A stretch of 64,000 nucleotides of DNA from contig OX597827.1 of assembly GCA_951406725.2 (NCBI GenBank), positions 64,790,001-64,854,000 on the forward strand, in the 5' to 3' direction. Shown one piece after another: positions 14,870 through 28,000 of the stretch. A program made the translations under genes and the position numbers. Every line of letters starts with the position of its first letter. Position 1 is the first letter of the stretch. This stretch comes from Octopus vulgaris. Lineage: Eukaryota. The notes under the pieces are model-generated. The model made no database searches, was not told where the DNA came from, and saw only the letters and a list, made by a program, of their open reading frames with translations.

Positions 14870-15260
14870 CTCTTTTACTCGTTTACTTGTTTCAGTCATT
14901 TGACTGCGCCCATGCTGGAGCACCGCCTTTAGTCGAGCAATTCGACCCCAGGTCTTATTCTTTGTAAGCCCAGTACTTATACTATCGGTCTCTTTTGCCG
15001 AACCACTAAGTTACGGGGACGTAAACACACCAGCATCAGTTGTCAAGCGATGTTGGAGGGACAAACACAGATACACACACACACATATACATATATACGA
15101 CGGGCTTCTTTCAGTTTCCGTCTACCAAATCCACTCATAAGACATTGGTCGGCCCGAGGTCATGGTAGAAGGCACTCCCCCAAGGTGCCACGCAGTGGGA
15201 CTGAACCCAGAACCACGTGGTTGTTAAGCAAGCTATTTACCACACAGCCACTCCTGCGTC
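14870..15260 (-). mobile_element. SINE family A, full length, inverted relative to the 14275 copy
   Basis: Complete reverse complement of the family consensus from cttttactcgtttacttgtttcagtc to cacagccactcctgcg. Confidence 0.92.
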
Positions 15261-15717
15261 TATACGTAAAAATTTCCTGTAAAATGAAGACAAATGTATC
15301 ACCAAAATGTCGCCTTAAATCGCTTAAGTTACAATTATGGAAATTTGTCGAATCCATTGAAACTGAGAAACCGGATTCGTTTACTTCTACATATAATGAA
15401 TTAATTAATTAAGATTGTCATATACTTATTTATTATTGTTTTTGATAGTTTTCTATAATGTACATTGTGAATAATAACGTCATGGGTTAGAGGTTACCCG
15501 TGGCCTATCAATCGCTGTTTCATTACATTTGCGATGGCAAATGCAACAAGGGAACATCTTTGTCATTAGGGCAGATTAAATATCACAAGACGTATTTGTG
15601 TGTCGGCTTTCTCGCACGCGTATACATACATTCATACATTCATACATGCATACATACATAAATATATACATTTACACATACACACATATATATACATAGA
15701 TGTATGCATATATATTC

Positions 15718-16030
15718 CTTCCCTCCCCTTCTGTTTTTCCTCTTATTCCTCTTACCCCTCTTCCTCCTCCCCTCTCTCCTCTTCCTTCTCTTCTGCCTCT
15801 TTCCCCTCGTCCTCCTCTTCCTTTAAATTCCTCTTTCCCCCTTTTCTCCTCTCTTCCTCCTCTCTACTTCTTCCTCCTCTCTTCTTCTTCCTCCTCACCT
15901 CTTCTTCCTCCTCTCCTCTTCTTCCTCCCTTTATCTTCTTCTTTCTCTACTCCTCTTCTCATCTCCTCTTCTTTCCCCTCCTTTTAATCCGCCCCACCTC
16001 TCCTTACCTTCTGCTTCTCTCCGCCTTTCT
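15718..16030. repeat. Polypyrimidine low-complexity tract
   Basis: Almost exclusively C/T on the + strand. Confidence 0.85.
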
Positions 16031-16034
16031 CCTA

Positions 16035-16400
16035 CTTTACAATTCCACCCTGGTAACCAACTACTTGACAGAGATCGGAAAAAAATCCCATTTCAGCACC
16101 CTCTCTAAAGTCCAGACCTTACTGCTGTGACTTTGGGCTGTTCCCTAAGCTGAAGGAGAACCTAAAAGGCAATTATTTTGAAAACATTGAGAATATGAAG
16201 AAGGCTGTGACAATGATCCTGGACATGTTTACTATGGACAACTTCTATGGGAACTTCACGAAGTAGTTGGAGCACTGCCACAAATGCACTGAGGCTCTAT
16301 TTTGATCCTACTTTGGAAAAGATAAGAGTTTTATTCTTCTTTGAAATTTATAAATATCTCGCCTGAAAAAATGTCCCAAAACTTCTGGAACGCTTCTCGT
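16035..16400 (+). mobile_element. mariner transposase 3' remnant with probable terminal repeat
   Basis: QHPL*SPDL, then CDFGLFPKLKENLKGNYFENIE, matching the HPPYSPDLAPCDF.LFPKLK motif. Ends ..cttctggaacgcttctcg-TA. Confidence 0.85.
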
Positions 16401-16617
16401 AAATAAATGCTGCAAAATAGAAACATTTCTCAACTCGAAACCAGTAATGCGTGAACCATAGTTCAGAATTTCGACTAAATGCAACGAAATAAAACTGATG
16501 AAATCTAAATAAAACTTAGTTTTATTTCGACTAAATAAAAAAAAAAACTAAGAATGATTGCTTAAGTACCAATTTAATTTAAATGTAAAATAAAATCACA
16601 AGAAAATCCAGCAATAT

Positions 16618-16779
16618 GGCGCAGGAATGGCTGCGTGGTTAGTGGCGTGCTTATCAGCCGCATGGTTCCAGGTTCAGGCCCACTGCGTGGCACCTTGGGC
16701 AAGTGTCTTCTACTATAGCCTCAGGCCGACCAAAGCCTTGTGAGTAGATTTGGTAGACGGAAACTGAAAGAAGCCCCTC

Positions 16780-16780
<1 letters not shown>
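16618..16780 (+). mobile_element. SINE family A, 5' half
   Basis: ggcgcaggaatggctgcgtgg...ggttcaggcccactgcgtggcaccttgggcaagtgtc...gaaactgaaagaagccc. Confidence 0.88.
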
Positions 16781-16837
<57 letters not shown>

Positions 16838-16947
16838 TGATAAAAATGGTAAGACAACAAAAAAAAAAAAACGAAAGAGAACTCGATATTATGTAAATAG
16901 AGGAATTTATCTGTAAATATAATATGTGACAGTTATTTGGTAGCCAT

Positions 16948-17008
16948 GATAAAACTCCGAGTTTCGGATGCCGGGGCGGAAACACGCAGCAGCATCTCTT
17001 CACGTATC
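16948..17008 (-). ncRNA. Degenerate type I hammerhead motif in a short element (16836-17013) between (TA)n tracts
   Basis: Minus strand: gatac-gTGAAGA-GATGCTG...CGGCATC-c-GAAA-CTC-g-GAGT-T-ttatc. Stems II and III pair, stem I gata/tatc pairs, and core C3 is replaced by G. Confidence 0.6.
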
Positions 17009-17010
17009 GG

Positions 17011-17057
<47 letters not shown>

Positions 17058-17104
17058 AGCGGTTCGGAAAAAGACACCGATAGAAGAAATATTAGGCTTA
17101 CAGA

Positions 17105-17395
17105 AGGCGCGTGGCTTAGTGGTTAGGGGTATTCGGCTCATGATCGTAAGTTCATGATAACGATTCCCGGCGGCGCGTTGTGTCATTGAGCAAGACACTT
17201 TATTTCACGTTGCTCCAGTCCACTCAGCTGGCAAAAATGAGTAGTACCTGTATTTCAAGGGGCCAGCCATGTCACACTCTGTGTCACGCTGAATCTCCCC
17301 GAGAACTCCCTTAAGGGTACACGTGTTTGTGGAGTGCAAGCTGTTCCGTTGATTGTATCAGCTGGGACCCTCGTCGTCGCAACCGACGGAGTGTT
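17105..17395 (+). mobile_element. tRNA-derived SINE family D
   Basis: A-box TGGCTTAGTGG, degenerate B-box, then a central domain ttgtgtcattgagcaagacactt...ttgctccagtccactcagctg. Confidence 0.75.
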
Positions 17396-17837
17396 CCTTT
17401 AATGCTTACAGAATGGTAGAAACATATTAGACATCCAAAACCTCACGAAGACTGTTAACGTCACTTAAACAGTTATGATTTGTCTTTTACTATTAATTTT
17501 TATTTGGCGTTACAAAATAAATGTTTGAATTTAACAGTTTTTATGTGTTTTCGAATTTGTGTCTGCAACACTGCCTTCGTTTCAGTTTCAACACATGGTT
17601 TTACATAATTTCACCTGATTGGTAAGTACGCCTACGAAATATGCATATTAACTTTTTCCTAAATATACAAAATCCAACACGGGTCATTAAAAACTTGTGC
17701 GTTTTGTTGGCCGGGCCTAGCGTAACTCTGCTCTAGACTATAGGCGCAACGTGGTTTATTTGTTTTCAAAGTCGTTATTGCGCTTCTCGGTAAATTAATG
17801 TGTAAACCGATAAAGTGTATTGATATTGTGGGTTTCA

Positions 17838-18595
17838 AAGGTGGTGAGCCGGCAGAAACGTTAGCACGCCGGGCGAAATGCTTAGCGGTATTTCGTCTGC
17901 CGTTATGTTCTGAGTTCAAATTCCGCCGAGGTCGACTTTGCCTTTCATCCTTTCAGGTCGATTAAATATGTACCAGTTACCCTCTGAGGTCAACATAATC
18001 GACTTAATCTGTTTGTCTGTCCTTGTTTGTCCTCTCTGTGTTTAGCCCCTTGTGGGCAGCAAAGAAATAGGTATTTCGTCAGCCGTTACGTTCTGAGCTC
18101 AAATTTCACTGAGGTTGACTCTGCCTTTCATCCTTTCGAGGGCGATTAAATAAATACCAGTTACGCACTGAGATCAATATAATCGACTTAATCCGTTTGT
18201 CTGTCCTTGTTTGTCCTCTCTGTGTGTAGCTCCTTGTGGGTAGTAAAGAAATAGAAACAGTTATTTCATCTGCCGTTACGTTCTGAGTTCAAATTCTGCC
18301 GAGGTCGACTTTGCTTCTCATCCTTTCGAGGTCGATTAAATAAGTACCAGTTACGCACTGGCGTCGATATAATCGACTTAATCCGTTTGTCTGTCCTTGT
18401 TAGTCCTCTCTGTGTTTAGCCCCTTGTGGGTAGTAAAGAAATAGGTATTTCGTCTGTCTTTGTGTTCTGAGCTCAAATTCCGACCAGGGCGAGTTTGGCT
18501 TTCATCCTTTCGAGTTCGATAAATTAAGTACCAGTTGCGTACTGGGGTTGATCTAATTCCCTAAAAATTCGGGCCTTGTGCCTAGAGTAGAAAAT
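17838..18595 (+). mobile_element. SINE family B tetramer (one head, four bodies)
   Basis: Head ggtgagccggcagaaacgttagcacgccgggcg, then ~180-bp units each restarting near (g)tatttcgtc. Three carry tail A (..agccccttgtgggtagtaaagaaata) and the last carries tail B (..ggccttgtgcctagagtagaaa). The central gtcgactttgcctttcatcctttcg.ggtcgat motif resembles a deeply conserved (MetaSINE-type) SINE domain, from memory. Confidence 0.92.
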
Positions 18596-18599
18596 AATC

Positions 18600-19160
18600 G
18601 TTATCACACCGGGCGAAATTCTTAGCAGTATTTTGTCTGCCGCTTCGTTCTGATTTAAAACTCCCCCGTCGTCAATTTTGCCTTTCATCGTTTCAGGTTC
18701 GATAAATTAAGTACATGTGAAACACCGGGGTCGATGTCATCCACTAGTCCCCTCCCCACAAATTACAGGCCTTGTGTCTTTTGTAAAAAGAATCGTTAAC
18801 ACGTCGCGTAAAATACTCAGTGGAATGCTTTCCGACTTTACGTCGAGGTTGACTTTGCCTTTCATTATTTCGGGGTCACGTTACCCACCTCATCAAAGTT
18901 GCTGACTTTGTGCCAAAATTTGAAACCAGTATATTGAGTTTCGGCAAGGCGGCGAGCTGGCAGATTCGATACTGCGCTGGAAAATGCTTAGCATAATTTC
19001 TTCTGAAATTACGTTCTGAGTTCAAATGCCTCTAGGGGTCGACTTTGCTTTTAATACTTTCGGGGTCGATAAAATAAGTACCAATTGAGCACTGGGAATC
19101 CATGTAATCGGTTTATTCCCTCACTGAAATTGCTGGCTTTGCGCCAAAATTTGAAGTTCA
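18600..19160 (+). mobile_element. Older, diverged family B SINE copies (about three)
   Basis: Degenerate gactttgcctttcat...gataaa.taagtac bodies. Head ggcggcgagctggcaga at ~18949. Confidence 0.75.
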
Positions 19161-19884
19161 TACTTTGAATTTCAGTGATGTACTACCAAATTGCCGATTC
19201 TGATGAGAGACTCAGAATGAACAAACCAAAACAAAAATGACAAAACATCATTGAATGTTATTTAAAGTACTTTAAACTTGATTATATTCCATTCCCCTTG
19301 TGCATTACATTGTCCATTGGGCTTATCTATTAATATTTACTAATTCTCTTATATGAACAAATTGAAAAAAAAAAGATATATAACTTCAACATCATTCTGT
19401 CATTAGATTACGCACGATAAAATATTTCTAAATCTAAGCAAGAATGAAAAGATTCTATTTATAGGAAATTTAAAATTGAAAACTGGTTGGAAAATATTTC
19501 CACTGCTTTAAAGATAGATGAAGTATTTGGGAGATATTGTTGATGAGGGCTTCAATTGTCAATCATCTGTCATTCTAGCTTTGCAATACGAATGGTTATT
19601 TGACAAAGCTGAGGTATTAAGTGACTGAATCTCTCTTCTCCACAGTTTATTGTTTTATTTCATTCAGTCATTCGTTCATTCACCCCACCGCACATATATA
19701 TGTACACACATACATACAGACATACATGCGTATATATATATACACACATATGTATCTATATGTGCATATATGTATTTATGTATATATATATATATAAAAA
19801 TATATATATGTATATATATGTATATATATATATATATAAATGAATGTATACTTACATATAAGAGACCAAAGTGTACATACGCCG

Positions 19885-19928
<44 letters not shown>

Positions 19929-20009
19929 GTTTATATACACACATATATGTATATATATGTATGTACGTATGTATATGTGTATGTATATATATATGTATAT
20001 ATATATCTA

Positions 20010-20097
<88 letters not shown>

Positions 20098-21059
20098 ATG
20101 TTATCTCTGTTAAAGATATGAACACACAACATAGCTGCTCTCTTCAAAATCTTCCTTAGCAATGGTATCTTTTTCTACATCGTACGGCTTATAGGAATCT
20201 AATCTCTCAAATAAAATCTCAAAATTTTCTGATCTTTTAAAATGTCAAACTTTTCAGCTAATACACAATCGTATCAACAGGATTCGTTTTGCCTCCAAAA
20301 TTTCAAAATACTCTCTCTCCCCCTCTCTCCCTCTGTCATTCCCTCTGTCTGTTCGTTTTTGTATCCTAGCTCCTCTCTCTCTATGTCACTCCCTCTCTGC
20401 CTCTTTCTCTCTCTCTCTTTCTCATTCTCTTTCCCCGTCTCTCTCTCGCCATCTTTCTCATTTCTTTCTCTCTCTCCGTCTCTCCCTTCTTATTACATTA
20501 CTGCATAATATCGGAATATCTGATATTGACCCCTTCCGTTACCTTACAAGATACTCCATCATTCGGACATTGACCTCCCCTGTCATCTTAGGGAAATATT
20601 TCAGAAATTCGGGCATTAACCTCTCATGCCTGTCTTCTGATCATTATTGGGAGATTTTTGAACTAGCCAAAATTATCGCCTTATATGAATCTGTACGATC
20701 AAAGTTGAAGACACTTCAGTGATAGAAGTAAAGATTATCAACGATTAATTTCGTCCAATAACGAAATTTATTTTTCGCCTAAATTCAAGCAAACAGGAGT
20801 TAATAAAGCGAAACGTGTTAAAAATAACACACTCATCTGGCAATAATATACCAAGATAGCTTAGTATTTTAATTTCCATCCACCCACATAGTTCCACCAA
20901 TCACTATGTATGTATGTATGTATGCATGTATGTATGTATGTATGCATGTATGTATGTGTATGTATGTGTGTGCATGTATGTATGTGTATGTATGTGTGTG
21001 TATGTATGTATGTATGTATGTCATTATTCAGTTTTATTTGAAGATTTCTTACCAATAGC

Positions 21060-22330
21060 GAAAGAACCGGTTTCTAACACAGCGCGCTTTTACGTGTTCA
21101 ATTTTTCCACAACGAAAACATTCCACTTTCTTAAATGAGCAGCTTTCTCTCAGGTGTAGACCTTCACATGCAAAATATGGGTTTGTTTCCTGATTTTTGT
21201 CCTGCTTGTACAGTATTATAGCGTACGATAGAACGTCCCCCTTTTCAAGCCTAGCAAGGCACATGGGCCCGGTTTCCCGCTTTCTGTGGCGTATGTGTTC
21301 CCTCCAGCTGGACGGGACGCGAGTCCACCGCAGCGTCACTCAAGAAACAGGAAGAGAGAGTGAGAGAAAGTTGTGACTAAAGAATACAACAGGGGTTGCC
21401 ACCACCTCCTGCCGGAGGCTCGTGGAGCTTTTAAGTGTTTTCGCTCAATAAACACGCACACAACGCCCGGTCTGGGAATCGAAACAACGATCCTCCGACC
21501 GCGAGTCCGCTGCCCTAACCACTGGGCCATTGCGCCTCTATTTTAGTATACGCTTGATATCTATTCCGCTTGTTTCGTATGTTTTACTGGGGATCAATCT
21601 TTCTGTTCAATTTTCTGTGTCGTGTCTTAGATTTACTATTCTTTCACATTCACACTCTTCTGACACTTGTTTTAAGGAAACAGCTTGGTTTCGTTCCAGC
21701 TTAGCGAGAATTCGTGTTCTTGCTTCTCCGTCTTTTTCTGCAGTTAGGCCCTGAGTAAATATCAGGCACTTGAACATGTCTGGCGTTAATTCGACCTTTT
21801 TGGATTTTTCACATTCTCTGTTAACTCTACCAGCATTTGTGATGTAGTCCTCTTCGTTGTTCTTTTCTAGGTTCAAACACTTCAAGCGTGTATTGAACAA
21901 GGAGCTTTTCTCGCTAAAAATTTTACGCAATATGTTTATCGTATTTCTGAAGTTTATATCAGAATGTTTTCTTCGGGAGTACATAATTGTTGTAACGCTC
22001 ATGTTCTCCTGCAGCCAGTTTTCTTATGATTAGATGCGTTTTCATATCGTTGCGCACTCTTTATTGAAGATCTGTTTGTATCTTCTGTAGTACGCATCTA
22101 AGGTACCTCCTTCGTCTGGTTCATACTTAAATTCCGTTAATGAGTTTGCAACATAATCTGCTTTTCAGCATTTTTGGACGACTTACTATTCATGAATTTG
22201 TTGCTGTAATAGGGACTGTTGTTGTTGTTCTTGCAGTCGTTTTGCTGTAGTAGTAATTGTTGTTGTTGATCTTGAAGTTGTTGTTGCTGTTGTTGTTCTT
22301 GAAATTCCATTCTATTATTTATAGCTTCAT
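21060..22330 (-). mobile_element. Gypsy-type LTR retrotransposon gag remnant
   Basis: INFRNTINILRKIFSEKSSLFNTRLKCLNL..RVNRECEK..TPDMFKCLIFTQGL..RTRILAKLE plus tandem CCHC knuckles (ACEGLHLRESC, CFRCGKIEHVKARC), and a Q-rich N-terminus. Interrupted by a SINE. Confidence 0.85.
21228..21539 (-). mobile_element. SINE family C (tRNA-Arg-like head), tail type 1, nested in the Gypsy gag
   Basis: Head gaggcgcaaTGGCCCAGTGGttagggcagcggactcgcggtc..GTTTCGATTCC. Degenerate TSD tattatagcgtacg / tattttagtatacg. Confidence 0.88.
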
Positions 22331-22768
22331 GTGCTTTGAAGTCCATTTTTTCCATAACAGAATGATTTCATTCTCACGAAAGTTCATAAATTCATCATAC
22401 ATACAAACATATATACGCACACACGCATGCACACACATCTCAGAAAATCTGCAGCATTCATCACTGAGGAGTTTAAATAATGTCGAAACACCGTATAGAG
22501 TAATCCAACGACATTCTGAACAAAGTTTTATGCTTTTCTTTATAAAGCACAAATCACTTTCAAAAGTTTCACTGAGACGAAACAATATGGCAAGTGCTTA
22601 TCCGCATTTGTGTGCACAACATAAATATTATCATACGTCGCTAAGGAAGTTTCAAGTACGTGTATATGTGTGAGTGTGTATTTATTTATAATGTGTGCAT
22701 GTGATTGTGAGTGTGCATAGTTGTATAAAGACTCCAAATTAATATATCGTAATACTTAAACACAGTGA

Positions 22769-22919
<151 letters not shown>

Positions 22920-22920
22920 A

Positions 22921-22971
<51 letters not shown>

Positions 22972-23520
22972 ATGTGCATATGATTGTGTGCATGCTGTAC
23001 ATACACATACACACCTGTGCAAACGTGCAGCTTTCACACACATAAACACACATAGGCACACACATACGAACGGTAATTTGTGAGACTATTGTTTTACTCT
23101 TTGTTTCAGTATTTATCTTTCTCTTTGTTTTTTTGTATTGGTGTTTATGCTAGTACGACTGCAGAGGTGAAGAATTTCGTAATAAGGTAAAGCTAATATG
23201 AATTTAACACTTTATTACTTGAATATTTCAGGTTAAAAGGTTTCTCCTTATTTCTAATCAATCTAGTTGTCCCGTATTGACGTTTCTGTCAAAACCGTCC
23301 GTCGTTTATTGCCTCACAAAAACCAATGAAGAAGCGCTAAACTTTTGGACACACGGGTGCAATGAAACAGACTCATACGTGTACAGACATCTCACACGTA
23401 CTCACACACACATAGAAGCATAAACACAGACAGAGACACACACAAACACGTATACATACCTATATATGTATAAATATTTATCCCTTTACACACACTCACA
23501 CAGATATATAGGTAAGCGTG

Positions 23521-23581
<61 letters not shown>

Positions 23582-23586
23582 GTCTG

Positions 23587-23641
<55 letters not shown>

Positions 23642-23642
23642 G

Positions 23643-23707
<65 letters not shown>

Positions 23708-24184
23708 ATATCAGTCAACCCACTCAGACAGACAGACAGCCACACACACACACGAAACAAATATAAATATATACATATAGACATATTGCCATATATGGGT
23801 ACTTATACATATATGTATATATGGATACATATGCACACGCGTATATATCGATATACATACATCTGTACATACCTACACGAATACATAAACACACAGACAC
23901 ATACATACATAAGCACACAGACACACATATATATACATACATACTCGGAGGGTGGATGAGAGATGGATGGAGATACGAATTCTCTTCTCACTGCGCATGT
24001 GCATATTGAACCATTATCGAGTCCAACGTAATTCACACTTCCATAAGCAACACACCTTTACACAGTATCATTAAGCTGCACACACACACAGAAACACACA
24101 TACGCACTCACACACACACTCACACGCTCGTATGTATATAGACATATACATATACACATACGTACACACACAGTTTCTAAGTAT

Positions 24185-24230
<46 letters not shown>

Positions 24231-24408
24231 GTACATTTTATTGTCAGTGTCAACAATATTGTCTGATTATGATATATATGTATATATATGTATATATATT
24301 TGTATATGCATATGTATATGTATTTATATATATATAAATACATATATAAATATATCTATGTGTATATACATATCTATTTATCTATATGTTTATGTATATA
24401 TGTGTCTG

Positions 24409-24446
<38 letters not shown>

Positions 24447-24904
24447 GCATACATATTTACTATATATATACATACATACAGATATATATATATATATATA
24501 TATATATAGCTTAGAGAAAAAACTCTATTAAACAATTAAATAGTGAAAGACGTTAGTCACACCATATAGAAAACATATACTATAAAAACTTTATTCTAAT
24601 AATCAATAAAGTACAAAAACAATAAATAGTAAATAGTAGTATATATATATATATACGTACATATTTTCATGCGCCTACATTCCAAATGCTTAACTTTTCG
24701 CCTTTCTGACCACAATATCTTGTACGACACAACGCACAGTTAGACGTTCTAATCTACTTTCTGATTAACGGTTTGAAGTCGCAGCACAAATCTTAGCTCT
24801 TTCTCTCTCTTTCTTTCTAAGTACGCGTATCTCTTTGACTTTCCCACGGCATATACACATACATACATGCATATATATATATATACGCATATATGTATGT
24901 CTAT

Positions 24905-25335
24905 ACTCTTTTACTCTCTCTTTTACTCTTTTACATGTTTCAGTCATTTGACTATGGCCATGCTGGAGCACCGCCTTTATAGTCGAGCAAATCGACCCCA
25001 GGACTTATTTTTTGTAAGCCTGGTACTTATTATATCGGTTTCTTTTGCCGAACCGCTAAGTTACGGGGACGTGAACACACTAGCATCGGTTTTCAAGCGA
25101 TGCTGGGGGAACAAACAGGCACACAAACATATACACGCAAACCTACATACGTACATATATATATACACATATATCTACATATACGATGGGCTTCTTTCAG
25201 TTTCCGTCTACCAAATCCACTTAAGAGGTTTTGATCGGCGCGAGGCTATAGCAGAAGATTCTTGCCCAAGTGGCCACGCAGTGGCACTGAACCCGGGATC
25301 AAGTGGTTTGTAAACATGCTACTTACCACACAGGC
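24905..25335 (-). mobile_element. SINE family A
   Basis: Reverse complement of the family tail and head with an internal microsatellite. Confidence 0.9.
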
Positions 25336-25408
25336 AATATATATGTATATATTTACATACACATACGCACACACTCACGCACATTAATACGCATACACAC
25401 GTATTTTG

Positions 25409-25464
<56 letters not shown>

Positions 25465-25764
25465 ACGGATGTATCTCTTTAGTTATTTTCCCATTTCCTT
25501 GTTAGAGTTCGCCGATCTTCCAGGAAACCCCTCAGCTTTCTACTGCATAGCTTTTGCCACGATGATATCATTTCATTGTGTTACTTCTCTGTCTATACTT
25601 GTCTATCCGTCTGTTTGTTCTTGTCTCTGTATGTCTTTCTGTGTGTCCTTCTCTCTGTGTACACACACACACAATCAGTAACATACACACACACTAACAT
25701 ATATGATATGTATGTAGACGTATGTATGTATACGTGAATATATATGTATTAATACATTAATTAC

Positions 25765-25801
<37 letters not shown>

Positions 25802-25861
25802 TATATATATATAAATATATGCACATATATATATATATACATATGTATATATATATACACA

Positions 25862-25905
<44 letters not shown>

Positions 25906-26698
25906 TACATATGTACATATATACGCATGTATATATATATAGACATATGCATATATATATATATATTTACACACACTCAGACATATATATATATATCAAT
26001 ATGTATGTATATATATATATACATACATATCTATATATATTTTGTGTGTGTGTCTGTATACCAGAATTCCTACCCCTCTCCCCAAATACCCGCTTCATAT
26101 CATCGTAACATGTTACTTTATTCACCAGTCTGAAGTACTTTCATAGAAATTAAAGTAAAATTTTCTTTATTTTTTCTTCTTCTGTTTTCTCATAGGGGTT
26201 GGCGGTTTACTAGAAATTGGTTGGGGAGTGTCATCTATTTTAGATTGTCGTCCTGTTTCAATAAATTTCTTAGCAACAACACCTCTTCAAACATCTGCAT
26301 TGTTATTAAGTATTCTATGGCATCAATCCAGACTGTCTGTTTTACTAAAACGTCATCATATCACTAGTTGCCATCCGTGTTTTTGCTTTTTGTCTTTGTG
26401 CGGTTTGTATTTTAGTCTGAAAGCGCAAAGTTTTTCTTTTTCCCCCTTCATTTTGTTGTTAATTATGTGCTGCAGGTTTTGATTTATGGCGTGTTGTCGT
26501 CGTCGTTGTAAACGCCATCGTCGTCTTGGTGGTCATGGGTCGTGCTTGTGGCGACAACGCCGACGACCAAGACGATGGTGGTGGTGTTGGTGTTGGTAGT
26601 GGTTATGATGATGATGATGATGAGGATATTGATGATGTGATTGCTTATCATCATTATTCATCACCAACACGATCACCACCTCCACTGTCATCATCATT

Positions 26699-26751
<53 letters not shown>

Positions 26752-27579
26752 TATCTTGAATATGACGATAATGACGACGATGATGTGGCTGAAGTAAATC
26801 GATGATAACGATGATGATGATCATCATCATCACCATTGCTACTGCTACTGCTATTTTATTAGTGAGAGCGATGGATGATATTATCTCTTGTGTCAATCAG
26901 AATGGCTTATAACATTCAATCAATGTTTCTAATATTAGAAAGTTATTTAATTTAGTTTAGCTTACTTTTTACCTTTAAGCCCAAAGTTCAAATACAATCA
27001 AACGTTCAATATTGCCTGTCGATATAAAGAGAGGGTCAATAAAATAAAGTATCAGTTATCTTTCCTTCTGAATGATACGTTGTTCTGAGCTCATTGTAGA
27101 ATTGGTCATTCGACTTCGCTGTTTCCTCAACATTTAGCACACTGTATGTACATCATGTCACCGTATGAGTTTTCTCCCCTATTGTAACAGGACAGTGGCG
27201 GGCAAAACAGTTGTAGAGAAAATGCAAAGTGCTAAAGCTTAATCTTGTTGTTATTACATGCGCTCACCACTCTTGATAACCGGGGTTCGTTAGTTTCCGT
27301 CACTGATTTGTTCTGCTAAAATCCTTCAAGATGTTGGTGAGCCAGCCATGAAACAAGTAAGAGATGTTTGGATAAAAATTTAAGTAATTCTAGTTTATCT
27401 GTATAATGCGTTTGTTTATGACGAAAGAATGCTAATTTTCATTTGTTTCTGAATCAATGTATTTTCAGAAAAGGCGGTGTCGATAAATTAAGTACCAGTT
27501 GCGTACTGAGGTCGATTTAATCGACTGGCTCCTTGCCGCAAAAGTTCAGGCCTTGTTCCTAAAGTAAAAAAAAATATAA

Positions 27580-27744
27580 GGCGCAGGAGTGGCTGTGTAG
27601 TAAGTAGCTTGCTAACCAACCACATGGTTCCGGGTTCAGTCCCACTGCGTGGTATCTTGGGCAAGTGTCTTCTGCTATAGCCCCGGGCCGACCAATGCCT
27701 TTTGAGTGGATTTGCTAGACGGAAACTGAAAGAAGCCTGTCGTA

Positions 27745-27784
<40 letters not shown>

Positions 27785-27814
27785 TGTGTTTGTGTGTGTG
27801 TTGTTGTCCCCTTA

Positions 27815-27862
<48 letters not shown>

Positions 27863-28000
27863 TTGTGTGTGTGTGTGTTTGTCCCCTTAGCATTGCCGGA
27901 CAACCGATGCTGGTGTGTTTACGTCCCTGATGCTGGTGTGTTTACGGTGCTCCAGCATGGCCGCAGTCAAATGACTGAAACAAGTAAAAGAGTAAAAGAG
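27580..28000 (+). mobile_element. SINE family A with internal deletion, flanked by family B fragments (27478-27575, 28018-28182)
   Basis: ggcgcaggagtggctgtgtag...ggttcagtcccactgcgtgg...ctccagcatggccgcagtcaaatgactgaaacaagtaaaagagtaaaagag. Confidence 0.9.

Noticed and set aside
17838-18595. Regularly repeated units suggesting a CRISPR-like array
   Set aside because: The ~180-bp units are wholly repeated SINE bodies with no unique spacers and no cas genes, in a eukaryotic context.
19197-19218. attctgatgagagactcagaat small hairpin containing CTGATGA
   Set aside because: There is no downstream GAAA or stem III, and short hairpins like this are expected by chance.
22464-22496. CTGAGGA..GAAAC-acc-GTA hammerhead-like core
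   Set aside because: Core letters are present but stems I and II barely pair. It could be chance or a very old copy.
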